A stretch of DNA of 64,000 bases, taken from the NCBI GenBank assembly GCA_965227515.1, contig CBDDFZ010000001.1:3296001-3360000 (forward strand). Reading direction: 5' to 3'. This DNA is from Alphaproteobacteria bacterium. GTDB lineage: Bacteria; Pseudomonadota; Alphaproteobacteria; CALKHQ01. The notes beneath the pieces are model-generated. The model worked only from the letters and a program-made list of their open reading frames with translations. It made no database searches and was not told where the DNA came from. The position numbers and the translations under genes are program-made. Shown here piece by piece: positions 1 through 9,438 of the stretch (position 1 is the first letter of the stretch; the number at the start of each line of letters is the position of its first letter).

Positions 1-388
1 CCAGTTCGACCTCGGACCCCATGAACAGCATCACGCAAACCGCGGCGGCGCCCAGTTGCTGGGCGGCATGCACGGGGTGGAGCTGGGTCCACTGGGTGGC
101 GGTCAGCCAGCCTTCGCGATAGACGCTGCACCCGCCATCCAGCCGCAGCAGCACCGGCAGCCGGTCGCGCAAGTGCTCGCGAAATCGCTTGAACAGGCCG
201 TAGCTGACCAGCACGCTATCCGCCTCGGCGGACAGCACCTCCTTCAGCAACCGGGCGGGGTCGGTCAGCCCCTCGATGGTTCCGAAGTAGCGTGCGTGGT
301 CGATCGCCACCACAACCTGGTTAGCCGATGGGTCGAAATCCGCCAACGCATCCTCCCGGCGCTTGCCTGCGCCAACCCAACGTGCCAC
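1..388 (-). CDS. Class I aldolase, DhnA/LsrF family (3' end runs off the window)
   Basis: Not in the ORF track. Manual translation gives VVVAIDHARYFGTIEGLTD...LLRLDGG...LGAAAVCVMLFMGSE, typical of DhnA-type aldolases. Start uncertain (GTG 388 or a TTG about 40 nt downstream). Confidence 0.7.
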   Translation of the reverse strand, partial: MARWVGAGKRREDALADFDPSANQVVVAIDHARYFGTIEGLTDPARLLKEVLSAEADSVLVSYGLFKRFREHLRDRLPVLLRLDGGCSVYREGWLTATQWTQLHPVHAAQQLGAAAVCVMLFMGSEVEL

Positions 389-439
389 CCGCTATTGCGT
401 TCCCGGCACGCGGGCCAAATTCAGCGGTTTGCGTCGGTG

Positions 440-658
440 TCAGTCGATCTCCACCGCCAGGGTGCCGGCGTCGACGCCCTCCTGCCCCTCCTCGATGTGG
501 ACCGCGCTCACCGTGCCATCGGCCTCGGCCGCATGGGGTACCTCGGTCTTCATCACCTCCAGGATGAACAAGACGTCGCCGGATTTCACCGCGTCGCCGG
601 GCTTCACCAGCACTTTCCACACATTGCCGGGAATCTGGGTCTCGATCTTCTGCGCCAT
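440..658 (-). CDS. Biotin carboxyl carrier protein (stand-alone biotinyl domain)
   Basis: 72 aa with GDAVKSGDVLFILEVMKTE (EXMK biotinylation motif). Confidence 0.9.
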   Translation of the reverse strand: MAQKIETQIPGNVWKVLVKPGDAVKSGDVLFILEVMKTEVPHAAEADGTVSAVHIEEGQEGVDAGTLAVEID

Positions 659-705
659 GGTCGTCTCTTACCCGTGTCGTGCTGTTGTCTGGTTCAGGCT
701 GGTGT

Positions 706-1674
706 TCAATTGATGCTTGCGGGGCTGGCGACCTTATCGAGGTCGCGGCGCAGTGCCTGCGCCTCTTCCACGCTGACCAGCTTGAAGTTGTAGATGTCGC
801 CGGGTTTGGACTGGCCCAGCTTCCAGAATGCGGCGGTCGGCACCGTGTAGGGATTGATGAACCCGCCCATCGAGCAGCCGTCGTGCACCAGGATGATCGG
901 CGTCTGGCCAGCCAGGTTGATCGCGCCCAGCGGATAGCCCTGGTCGATGATGTTGGAGGGTTCCGACCCGTTTTCCGGCGCCTTGTTGGTCGCCTTCTCC
1001 GAGAACGTCCAGTCCGGCCCGTCGAGACGATAGCCGCTGCGCGCGCTCTTGCCGGAGAGCTTCCACTCCGTGGTCAGGAAACGCTCCTGGCCGGCCTCGT
1101 CGATCCAGTCGTCGTTCGGCCCGGCGCAGACCTCGATGGTCCAGTGCTTGTCGGTCGAGAATTGCGGCAGGGCGCCGTCCTTCACCGTGCGGCCGGGCGT
1201 GCCCGCCGCCTCGGCAACCGGCACCACCTGCCCGTCCTGGATCGCGTGACCCTCCATGCCGCCGACGCCGGCCGCATGGAAAGTGGAGCGCGAGCCCAGC
1301 CAAGGCTCGGTCGAGATGCCGCCGCCGACGCAGATATAGGCGCGCGCACCGACCTTGCAGAACGCCATTTCCAGAAGCTGGCCGGCCTTCACCGCGATAC
1401 TGGTCCACATCGCCACCGGCTCGCCGTCGATCTTCGGCGACATGTCGGCGCCGGTAATCGCGATCACGCCGTCGCGCTGGAACTTCAGCGACGGGCCGAT
1501 GAACTGGCACTCCAGGCCGGCCGCCCCCGGCTCGTTGCCGACCAACGCATTGCCCAGCCTGAACGACCAGCTGTCCATCGGACCGGACGGTGGGAACCCC
1601 TGGTTCCAGTAGCCGATACGTCCCGGATAGTCCTGGACGCTGGTCTCGAACCCCTTCTTGATGACTTCCAGCAT
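706..1674 (-). CDS. pxpC: 5-oxoprolinase subunit C / allophanate hydrolase subunit 2-like carboxyltransferase
   Basis: Starts MLEVIKKGFETSVQDYPGR; contains GFPPSGPMD, LGSRST and SARSGYRL. Confidence 0.85.
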   Translation of the reverse strand: MLEVIKKGFETSVQDYPGRIGYWNQGFPPSGPMDSWSFRLGNALVGNEPGAAGLECQFIGPSLKFQRDGVIAITGADMSPKIDGEPVAMWTSIAVKAGQLLEMAFCKVGARAYICVGGGISTEPWLGSRSTFHAAGVGGMEGHAIQDGQVVPVAEAAGTPGRTVKDGALPQFSTDKHWTIEVCAGPNDDWIDEAGQERFLTTEWKLSGKSARSGYRLDGPDWTFSEKATNKAPENGSEPSNIIDQGYPLGAINLAGQTPIILVHDGCSMGGFINPYTVPTAAFWKLGQSKPGDIYNFKLVSVEEAQALRRDLDKVASPASIN

Positions 1675-1684
1675 GAGGTTCCCC

Positions 1685-2554
1685 TTAGAAACGGTCGTTG
1701 CGGTCGATGGTGCCCAGCCAGTCCTTGTACTGGCGCACCGAGAACATCTGATATTCGTTGACGTTGAAGATGTAGGAGCCGTCCTTGACCTGACCCTCGA
1801 CGTGCTCGAACTCCTCGACGCTGACCGGAATGAACTTGATGCGGTCGCCGGGCCGGAACAGGCAGATCGAATCCTCGAACTGCGGGAACCGCTGCTCGGT
1901 GTCCCAGATCGGCACCGGCGTACGGGCGAAGATCTGGTAGCCGCCGGGCGTCGCCACCGGATAGATCGCGGTCGCGGCACCGCCCATGCCGATGGTGCCC
2001 TGCGGGGTCCAGGTGCGTGGCGGGTTGTACTTCGGCGCCGTGATCATCGAGCGGGTGTCGAGCGGCATCAGGAACGGCAGGCCGGGCCAGAAGCCCAGCG
2101 AGGCGACCCAGTACTCGGTGCCGGAGTGCACGCGCACGAGTTGGTCAGGCCCGCTCAGATCGTTGATGCGCGCGACGAACTCCGGGTCCGGCTCCTTCTG
2201 GGTCACCTTCTCGCAATAGTCCTCGACGCATTCCTTGGTCCACGGGTCCAGGTAGGTGGCCGGGAAATAGAACAGGCGGCTGGGCAGCACGATGTCGTCG
2301 GACGGGCCCAGGCTGCCGATCAGCGAGGTCAGTTCCTTTTCCAGATCGGCGCGGCTGATGTCGTCGGACTCGTAGTGCACGAGCAACGAGGCGAAGCACG
2401 GTGCCGTTTCGACCACACCCTTGGTGCCGCTCTCCTCGATGGCTGAGGCCAGGCCCTGCGCCAGGAAGTTCAGCTCGAGGTTCATCTCGTTGCCGAACTC
2501 GATCAGCACAAACCGGTCGCCTCCCGGCAGGAAGCGAGGTTCGTCGTAGATCAT
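1685..2554 (-). CDS. pxpB: 5-oxoprolinase subunit B / allophanate hydrolase subunit 1-like
   Basis: GDRFVLIEFG, GFWPGLPFL, PRTWTPQGTIGMGG, IYPVATPGGYQIFARTP. Confidence 0.85.
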   Translation of the reverse strand: MIYDEPRFLPGGDRFVLIEFGNEMNLELNFLAQGLASAIEESGTKGVVETAPCFASLLVHYESDDISRADLEKELTSLIGSLGPSDDIVLPSRLFYFPATYLDPWTKECVEDYCEKVTQKEPDPEFVARINDLSGPDQLVRVHSGTEYWVASLGFWPGLPFLMPLDTRSMITAPKYNPPRTWTPQGTIGMGGAATAIYPVATPGGYQIFARTPVPIWDTEQRFPQFEDSICLFRPGDRIKFIPVSVEEFEHVEGQVKDGSYIFNVNEYQMFSVRQYKDWLGTIDRNDRF

Positions 2555-2580
2555 TCAGGCACCTCCCCTAATTTCCATTC

Positions 2581-2661
2581 AAGTCGGCACCGGCCCTCTC
2601 CCCCACCCGGCCACCCGACGATACCGACGCTGGATGCCCGGCTGGGGAATAGGGCCGGTGT
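2581..2661. repeat. Degenerate copy of the CCCTCTCCCCCACCCGG palindromic repeat
   Basis: AAGTCGGCACCGGCCCTCTCCCCCACCCGGCC is shared with the copies at 25313 and 27160; imperfect hairpin. Confidence 0.8.
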
Positions 2662-2685
2662 GAATTCGCACGCGCAAACAAGGCG

Positions 2686-4044
2686 CTATTTCAACGCATC
2701 GATGTGGTCGGTGACAAAGCCGGTGCTGACATCGCCGTCGCGGAAGGCCGGATGTTCCAACAACCGGCGCAGAAAGGCAATATTGGTGGACACGCCCTCC
2801 ACGCCGAAGCCGGCGAGCGCGCCGTCAAGCCGGTCTAGCGCGGCATCCCGGTCGGCACCATGGGCGATCACCTTGGCCAACGTCGGGTCGTAATGGATGG
2901 TCACCTGGTCGCCGGCACGCACGCCGGCATCTATCCGCAGGCCGTCGGCCGCCCCCGGCGCGTCGAACGCGGCGATGGCACCCGGCGACGGCAGGAAGTT
3001 CATCTCCGGCCGCTCGGCGTAGACCCGCGCCTCGATGGCGTGGCCCGAGGCCGCGATCTTGTCCTGGGCCAGCTCGGCCGAGATATCCTCGCCCAGCGCA
3101 TGGCGAATCTGCGCCTGCACCAGGTCGACCCCGGTGATCATCTCGGTCACCGGATGCTCGACCTGGATGCGCGTGTTCATCTCCAGGAAGTAGAAGTCCT
3201 GGTCGGGGCCGACGATGAACTCCACCGTACCGGCCCCTTCGTAGTTGCACGCCTCGGCCAGGCGCACGGCGGCGGACGCCATGGCGGCGCGCGTCTCCGG
3301 CTTCAGGCCGGGTGCCGGGCTCTCCTCGACGATCTTCTGGAACCGCCTCTGGATGGAGCATTCGCGCTCGAACAGGTGGACCGCCCGGCCGTCGCCGAAG
3401 CCGAACACCTGGATCTCGATGTGCCGGGCCGGGCTAACCAGCTTCTCGACATAGACCGTGGCATCGCCGAACGAGCCGCCGGCGAGCTTCTGGGTGGCGG
3501 CGATGGCGTCCAGCAACTGGCCGGCATCGTCGACCCGGCGCATGCCGATGCCGCCACCGCCGGCAGTCGCCTTCACCAGGACCGGTAGCCCGGTGTCGCG
3601 CAACAACGCATCGGCGTCGATGGGGTCGTCGGGCCCCAGGCGCGGGCTGCCGGGCACCACAGGCACCCCGGCGGCCACCGCGAGGTCGCGGGCGCGTTGC
3701 TTGTCGCCCATGTCGCGGATGCTGTCGCCCGAGGGGCCGATCCAGCGCAGTCCCGCCTGCCCAACCGCCGCGGCGAAACCGGCATTCTCGGCCAGGAAGC
3801 CGTAGCCGGGATGGACCGCGTCGGCGCCCATCTCGGCACCGGCCGCCAGCACGACGTCGGCCTTCAGGTAGCTCTCCGCCGGCTTGGCCGGGCCGATGGC
3901 GCGCGCATCGTCGGCCATCTCGACGTGGAGGGCCTGCGCATCGGCCTCGGAATGCACCGCCAGCGCACGGTGCCCCAGCGCCTGGGCGGCACGGATGATC
4001 CGGCAGGCGATCTCGCCCCGGTTCGCAATCAGGATATTGGCCAT
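2686..4044 (-). CDS. Biotin carboxylase (ATP-grasp)
   Basis: ILIANRGEIA, HPGYGFLAEN, GGGGIGMR, RECSIQRR, FLEMNTRIQVEHPVTE. Confidence 0.95.
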   Translation of the reverse strand: MANILIANRGEIACRIIRAAQALGHRALAVHSEADAQALHVEMADDARAIGPAKPAESYLKADVVLAAGAEMGADAVHPGYGFLAENAGFAAAVGQAGLRWIGPSGDSIRDMGDKQRARDLAVAAGVPVVPGSPRLGPDDPIDADALLRDTGLPVLVKATAGGGGIGMRRVDDAGQLLDAIAATQKLAGGSFGDATVYVEKLVSPARHIEIQVFGFGDGRAVHLFERECSIQRRFQKIVEESPAPGLKPETRAAMASAAVRLAEACNYEGAGTVEFIVGPDQDFYFLEMNTRIQVEHPVTEMITGVDLVQAQIRHALGEDISAELAQDKIAASGHAIEARVYAERPEMNFLPSPGAIAAFDAPGAADGLRIDAGVRAGDQVTIHYDPTLAKVIAHGADRDAALDRLDGALAGFGVEGVSTNIAFLRRLLEHPAFRDGDVSTGFVTDHIDALK

Positions 4045-4060
4045 TTGGATCCAGTAATGA

Positions 4061-4177
4061 CGTCATGCCCGGGCCGGCCCCCGTCCACTTCCAAGGGGGC
4101 CGAGACCCGGGTATCCACGACTTGACGACCGCAGCCAAAGAAAGACGTGGATGCCCGCAACACGTGCGGGCATGACG
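4061..4177. repeat. REP-like composite palindrome (GTCATGCCCG...CGGGCATGAC)
   Basis: Nested inverted repeats; a related inverted copy lies at 6707-6804. Confidence 0.8.
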
Positions 4178-4230
4178 ATTGAGGTTTCGCAGACATCATG
4201 TCTGTCTTGGGCGCGTTCCTGGCGATCCGC

Positions 4231-4956
4231 TCAGTTCAGATGCGCGCGGATCTTTTCGTGCACCGCCTTGGCGACCGCGACGGCGCCCGGCGTGTCGGAG
4301 TGCACACAGATGCTGTCGGCACGCACCGGAATGTCGTTGCCGTCGATGGTCTTGACCTTGCCTTCGGAGATCGCGCGCATGGTGCGGTCGGCGGCGACAT
4401 CCGGGTCCCACGGTGCGTGCTCGCGGGTGATCACCACCATGCCGTTCGAGCCATAGTCCAGGTCGACATAGAACTCGGACACGAAGCCCAACCCGCGCTC
4501 CTGGTAGATTTCCTCGTGCAGCGTATTGGCCATGCCGAAGATCGGCACCCCGAACACGTCGGCCGCGTCGCACACCGCGTGCGCCATCTCCGGGTCGCGC
4601 GCGGCCATGCCGTAGAGCGAACCGTGCGGCTTGATGTGGTTGAGCGGCATGCCGGCGGCGTCCAGGAACGCCTTCAGCGCACCGACCTGGTAGACGATGA
4701 TGTCGGCCATTTCCTGGCGCTCCATCTTCATCTCGCGGCGGCCGAAGCCCTGCAGGTCGGGCAGCGACGGGTGCGCGCCCACCTTCACGTCGTGCTGCTT
4801 GGCCAGGGCGACGGTCTTGCGCATCACCGAGGGGTCGGAGCCATGGAACCCGCAGGCCACATTGGCGACGGTGATGAAGGGCATGATGCCCTCGTCGTCG
4901 CCCATCTTGTAGAGGCCGAACGCCTCGCCCATGTCGCAGTTGATATCGACCCCCAT
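4231..4956 (-). CDS. pxpA: LamB/YcsF family, 5-oxoprolinase subunit A
   Basis: DINCDMGE, NVACGFH, GAHPSLPDLQGFGRR, HIKPHGSLY, ICVHSDTPGA. Confidence 0.92.
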   Translation of the reverse strand: MGVDINCDMGEAFGLYKMGDDEGIMPFITVANVACGFHGSDPSVMRKTVALAKQHDVKVGAHPSLPDLQGFGRREMKMERQEMADIIVYQVGALKAFLDAAGMPLNHIKPHGSLYGMAARDPEMAHAVCDAADVFGVPIFGMANTLHEEIYQERGLGFVSEFYVDLDYGSNGMVVITREHAPWDPDVAADRTMRAISEGKVKTIDGNDIPVRADSICVHSDTPGAVAVAKAVHEKIRAHLN

Positions 4957-4982
4957 CTCGCCCTCCTGAAGAAAGTCTGGTC

Positions 4983-5969
4983 TCAAACGGCGGCGACGTC
5001 GGCCGGCGCACCGTTGCTGGCCGCAGACTGAACGATTGCTTCCAGAACCGCAACGTTGTGCGCGGCTTCTTGCGGCTTCACCGGGAACGGCGCGCGCCCG
5101 GCACAGGCATCGGCGAAGGCTTCCAGTTCGGCGTTGAGCGTATCGCGCTGGGGCAGCTCCAGCGGCGTGATCGGCCCGGTGCCCTGGCGCACGCGCATTT
5201 CGGTCAGGTCCTCCGACACATAGGCCGCGAGCTTGCTGCCGTAGACGTTGAGCAGCCGGGTGTCTGCAGTGGCGAACAGCGTGCCCAGATAGGCGGTCGC
5301 GCCGCTCTGGAAGTCGAGCAGCATGACCGTGGTGTCGTCGATGTCGACCGCGACCGCGTGCCGGCGCGAGATCGCCAGAACCCTCGATACCGGGCCGAAC
5401 AGGTGGGTCAGAGCGTCGACCATGTGGATGCCGAGCGCGGTCATGGCGCCGGCCGGGCTTTCGTCCGGGTCGGCGCGCCAGCGCTCCGGCGTGTAGTCGA
5501 GCGCGCTCGGCAGCGAGAACTGCGCCTCGCCATGCAGCAGGGTGCCGAAATCGCCGCGCCCGATCATCGCCTTCAGGGCCGCCACCGCGGGGGCCAGCCG
5601 CCGGTTGTGGCCGACCGCGAGCACAACGCCGGCCGAGTCGCAGGCGGCGATCGCGACGCGGGCATCGTCCAGGCTGAGGGTGAACGGCTTTTCGACGAAC
5701 ACGTGCTTGCCGGCCTCGGCCGCCATGCGCACGTGGGCGGCGTGCTTTGAGTGCGGGGTCGTCAGCAGCACGGCGTCGATGTCCGGGTCCGCCAGCACCG
5801 CCTCAAAGGAGTCGATGGCCCGCGCGCCGTATTTCTCCGCGAATGCCGCGCGCTTCTCGGCCGAGCGGCTGGTGCAGGCTGTGATGCCGATCCGCTCCGA
5901 CTTGTCGTGTATCGCGTCCGCAAGCTGGTCCGACCACCAGCCCAGACCCACCGAAGCCACGCGCAGCAT
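4983..5969 (-). CDS. Gfo/Idh/MocA family oxidoreductase
   Basis: GLGWW Rossmann start, AGKHVFVEKP, GHNRR, LGIHMVD. Confidence 0.9.
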   Translation of the reverse strand: MLRVASVGLGWWSDQLADAIHDKSERIGITACTSRSAEKRAAFAEKYGARAIDSFEAVLADPDIDAVLLTTPHSKHAAHVRMAAEAGKHVFVEKPFTLSLDDARVAIAACDSAGVVLAVGHNRRLAPAVAALKAMIGRGDFGTLLHGEAQFSLPSALDYTPERWRADPDESPAGAMTALGIHMVDALTHLFGPVSRVLAISRRHAVAVDIDDTTVMLLDFQSGATAYLGTLFATADTRLLNVYGSKLAAYVSEDLTEMRVRQGTGPITPLELPQRDTLNAELEAFADACAGRAPFPVKPQEAAHNVAVLEAIVQSAASNGAPADVAAV

Positions 5970-6093
5970 GCAACCCTCCCCCACCCGTTGCGGCAATCGA
6001 TGCGGCTTGACCGCATCCGCCCCGACCGCATAATCGGGGCCGCATCATAACGGACCCGCGCCGCGCGCGGGCAACTAGAGTTTGGAGGCATCG

Positions 6094-6693
6094 ATGGCAG
6101 CCCATTCCGCATCGTACCCGTCCCCGGTGAGTGTGCTCTGGCCGGAGCAGGCGCAGACCGAGCAGAAATGGCTGCGACTGGGCCTGCTCGCCGTGGTCGG
6201 CGCGGCCCTGGTGGCGGTTTCGGCCCATATCCAGGTGCCGTTTTATCCGGTGCCGGTGTCGCTGCAGACCCTGGTGGTGTTCCTGATCGGCATCGCCTAC
6301 GGCCCGCGCCTCGGCATGTCGACCCTTGGTCTCTACCTGATCGCCGGCACCGCCGGCCTGCCGGTGTTCACCAATCCGCTGGGCGTCGCTGGGCCGACTG
6401 GCGGCTATCTGGTCGGCTTCTTCCTCGCCGCCGGCATCACCGGCTGGGCGGCGGAGCGCGCGCCTAATATTGTTGCCATCGCGCTGGCCGTGCTGCTCGC
6501 CGAAGTCGTGATCATGGGCCTGGGCGTGTTGCAGCTCGGCGAGTGGTTCGCGGCGAACCAGGTCGACGCCAGCGCGCTGGAAGCCGGCCTCTATCCGTTC
6601 ATCTACGGCGACATCCTGAAGATGGCGATCGCCATCGCGCTCGCCATGGCCGGGCGCCACGTGGTGCGCCGCTGGATCGAGCGGAATAGCTGA
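6094..6693 (+). CDS. bioY: Biotin transporter BioY
   Basis: PVPVSLQT, GLPVF, GPTGGYLVGF, GLYPFIYGDILK. Confidence 0.92.
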   Translation: MAAHSASYPSPVSVLWPEQAQTEQKWLRLGLLAVVGAALVAVSAHIQVPFYPVPVSLQTLVVFLIGIAYGPRLGMSTLGLYLIAGTAGLPVFTNPLGVAGPTGGYLVGFFLAAGITGWAAERAPNIVAIALAVLLAEVVIMGLGVLQLGEWFAANQVDASALEAGLYPFIYGDILKMAIAIALAMAGRHVVRRWIERNS

Positions 6694-6706
6694 TCTCATT
6701 CTGGGT

Positions 6707-6804
6707 CGTCATGCCCGCACTTGTTGCGGGCATCCACGACTTCCATCCGGCATACCAAGACGTGGATACCCGGGTCTCGACCTTCGGTCGGCCCGGGCAT
6801 GACG
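6707..6804. repeat. REP-like composite palindrome between convergent genes
   Basis: CGTCATGCCCG...ATCCACG...CGTGGAT...CCGGGCATGACG; inverted relative of 4061-4177. Confidence 0.8.
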
Positions 6805-6811
6805 GCGCGGT

Positions 6812-7459
6812 CTAGGAACGCCCCGCGCCCAGCGCCTTGATCGCGGCGCAGGCGGCGCCGAAACCGTTGTCGACGTTCACCGTCACCACGCCGGGCGCGC
6901 AGCTCGCCAGTGCCGATGACAGCGCCGCCTGCCCGCCTTGCGCCACGCCGTAGCCGACCGACGTCGGCACCGCGATCACCAGCCCCGGCACCTGGCCGGC
7001 GAGCACGCTGAACAGCGCACCCTCCATGCCGGCGGCGGCGATGACCACTTTCTGCTGGCGCAGGTCCGGCAGCACTTCCTGCAGGCGCCACAGGCCGGCC
7101 ACCCCAATGTCGGCATAGAGGTCCGCCGCGATGCCATAGAAGCTCAAGGTCGCGACCGCCTCTCGCGCCACCTGCACATCGGAGGTGCCGGCGCAGGCCA
7201 CCGCGACGCCGCCGGGTGCGGGCGCGGGGCAGCCATGGTCGAGCACACCGGTGCGGCCGATAGGGTCGATCGCCAGCCGGTCGCCCAGCGTCTCCATCTG
7301 GACATCGGTCATGCGCGTCAGCAGCAGCGAGCGCTGCCGCTCATCGGCCTGGTCAATAATATCAACCAGTTGCGCGACATTCTTGTGGTCGCACAGCACC
7401 GCCTCACCGATGCCGGTGCGCTCCCCCCGCGCCCAATCGAAGCGAAAATCACCGGTCAC
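6812..7459 (-). CDS. larB: Nickel-pincer cofactor biosynthesis carboxylase/hydrolase LarB
   Basis: AGTSD, DIGVAGLWR, AGMEGAL, VPTSVGYG, CAPGVVTVNVDNGFGAA; GTG start overlaps the larE stop (GTGA). Confidence 0.92.
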   Translation of the reverse strand: MTGDFRFDWARGERTGIGEAVLCDHKNVAQLVDIIDQADERQRSLLLTRMTDVQMETLGDRLAIDPIGRTGVLDHGCPAPAPGGVAVACAGTSDVQVAREAVATLSFYGIAADLYADIGVAGLWRLQEVLPDLRQQKVVIAAAGMEGALFSVLAGQVPGLVIAVPTSVGYGVAQGGQAALSSALASCAPGVVTVNVDNGFGAACAAIKALGAGRS

Positions 7460-8259
7460 GAACTGGCCCGGTCTCGCAGGAAGGCGCTGCCGCGCGCATA
7501 GGCGCCGATGCCGCGCCAGGCATGGGCCGACCGCGCGCAGGCGGCAGCCACCTGGGCCTCGATCTCGGCCGCCCTGTCGGATGGCAGTGCCGCGAGCGTC
7601 GGCGCGTCGATCTCGACATGCACGCCGTCGCGCCGGATGCGGCAGCGCACGTCGGTGCCACCGGAAAGTGCCCGCACCGTGCGCTCGATGCTGTCGACCA
7701 GCGCCAGATCGCGCGCGTCGATGGCGATCCCGGTCTCGACCCGGCTCGACAGGCACGGTTGCGCCGGCAATTCGGCAAGATCGTCAAGGCCGAGCTCGGC
7801 GGCGATGGCGCGCACGTCGGCCTTGGTGGCCCCGGCCTCCACGAACGGGTGCACCACATTGCGTTCCTTGGCCGCTGTCAGGCCGGGCCGGAAGTCGCCC
7901 AGATCGTCCACATTGGTGCCCGAGGCGATGGTGCCCTCGACCAGCGAGGCAATTGTGCCATAGAGATTGGATTTGCAGAAATAACAGCGGTTTACCGGGT
8001 TTTCCCGATAGTGCGGATCAGCGAATTCGCCGGCGTCGATGCGCCGGTAGCGCCAGCCCGCGGCGGCGGCATGGCGCTCGACCCTTGCGGTTGCGTCGCC
8101 CGGCACAGCGGGAGAGACCGCATGCACCATATGCGCGTTGGCGGCGCCGAGCACCCGATGCGCGACATGGGCGAGCGTCATGCTGTCGACCCCGCCGCTG
8201 ACCGCGACCGTCAGTTGGCCATGACCGGCGACCACTTTGGACAGGGTGCCGAGCATCAT
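7456..8259 (-). CDS. larE: Nickel-pincer sulfur transferase LarE
   Basis: PP-loop SGGVDS, RCYFCK, GTNVDDLGDFRPG, QPCLSSR. Confidence 0.9.
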   Translation of the reverse strand: MMLGTLSKVVAGHGQLTVAVSGGVDSMTLAHVAHRVLGAANAHMVHAVSPAVPGDATARVERHAAAAGWRYRRIDAGEFADPHYRENPVNRCYFCKSNLYGTIASLVEGTIASGTNVDDLGDFRPGLTAAKERNVVHPFVEAGATKADVRAIAAELGLDDLAELPAQPCLSSRVETGIAIDARDLALVDSIERTVRALSGGTDVRCRIRRDGVHVEIDAPTLAALPSDRAAEIEAQVAAACARSAHAWRGIGAYARGSAFLRDRASS

Positions 8260-9434
8260 TCCTCCACGTCGCGCAGGGCTTTGGATTCGGCTTCGGCTTC
8301 GGCGCTCCGGGCCGCCGCGCGCCGCTGCCCAAGATTGCCGCCACGCGCGAGGTCGTCGGCCTCCGCCTTGCCGGTCTGCCCGCCATCCGGTCGCGCCACG
8401 ACCTTCACGCCGATGCCGCTAACCTCCGCCTGCTGACGCCGCAGCACCAGCCGCGGTTCGCGGTTCACCCGCACGCCCAGCGTCGGGGTCTCCAGGAAAC
8501 AGGCGGAGATCGCCGCCGCCTCCGCCTCGGGTCGCGCCAGCAGTCGCAGCTCGAACACGTGCCGGCCCTTCTTGCCCTGGCGTAGCGCGGACGATACGTC
8601 GACCACCCCGGGCACGTCGCGCAAACGGTCGACCGCGATGGAAAGCTCCTCCGGCGTCAGGTCGTCCAGGTCGCAGGTCAGCACGCTGATAACGTCGCCG
8701 CCGCTTGTGGCCGTCTCGAACGCCAGCACACGCGCGATGTTGGCGATGCCGTCGAGGTCGCGGGTGCCGGCCCCTGCCCCGACACCGACCAGCGTACCGC
8801 CGGCCTGGTGCGGCTGGGGCCTGAGATGGGCCAGAATCGCGGCGCCCGTCGGCGTCACGCGCTCGCCGGGAACGCCGTCGTCGCGCACGGCAAAGCCCTT
8901 CAGCAGCGCGGCTGTCGCCGGCGCCGGCACCGGCATCGGGCCGTGCCGGGTCTTCACCATGCCGCCGCCGAGGGGCACCGGCCCGCAACTCCAGGTCGCG
9001 CGATCGAGGGCGTCGATGATCGCGCCGGCCGCCAGCACGTCGACAATGGTGTCCCAGTCGCCGATCTCGTGGAAATGCACGTCGTCAACCGCAACGCCGT
9101 GGATCTCGGCCTCGGCTTCGGCCAACAGGCGCAGGATCGCGGCACCGTGCCGGCGCACGCCGGTATCCAGATCGAGCTCATCGATAAGGCCGCGCATCTG
9201 CGCGTAGGTATGCGGCGCGTCCGGGGCATCGGGCTTCTTGCGCGGCACCCAGGTGCGCGCCCGGATCGCGCCAGCCAGCCGATGCCCGCTCTCGACGGAA
9301 ATGGTATCCGCGCCAATGGACGCGACAACGCCATCCACGGCGGGCGCCATCTCCGGCATCGCCTCCAGGCAGGCGGCGACGAACATATCGCCCGAGAGCC
9401 CGCCCAGCAGGTCGAGGTGCACGTGTCCGATCAC
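8256..9434 (-). CDS. larC: Nickel insertase LarC
   Basis: GLSGDM, AEAEIHG, VHFHEIG, HGPMPVPAPAT, ERVTPTGAA, ETPTLGVR. Confidence 0.92.
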   Translation of the reverse strand: MIGHVHLDLLGGLSGDMFVAACLEAMPEMAPAVDGVVASIGADTISVESGHRLAGAIRARTWVPRKKPDAPDAPHTYAQMRGLIDELDLDTGVRRHGAAILRLLAEAEAEIHGVAVDDVHFHEIGDWDTIVDVLAAGAIIDALDRATWSCGPVPLGGGMVKTRHGPMPVPAPATAALLKGFAVRDDGVPGERVTPTGAAILAHLRPQPHQAGGTLVGVGAGAGTRDLDGIANIARVLAFETATSGGDVISVLTCDLDDLTPEELSIAVDRLRDVPGVVDVSSALRQGKKGRHVFELRLLARPEAEAAAISACFLETPTLGVRVNREPRLVLRRQQAEVSGIGVKVVARPDGGQTGKAEADDLARGGNLGQRRAAARSAEAEAESKALRDVEE

Positions 9435-9438
9435 GCGG

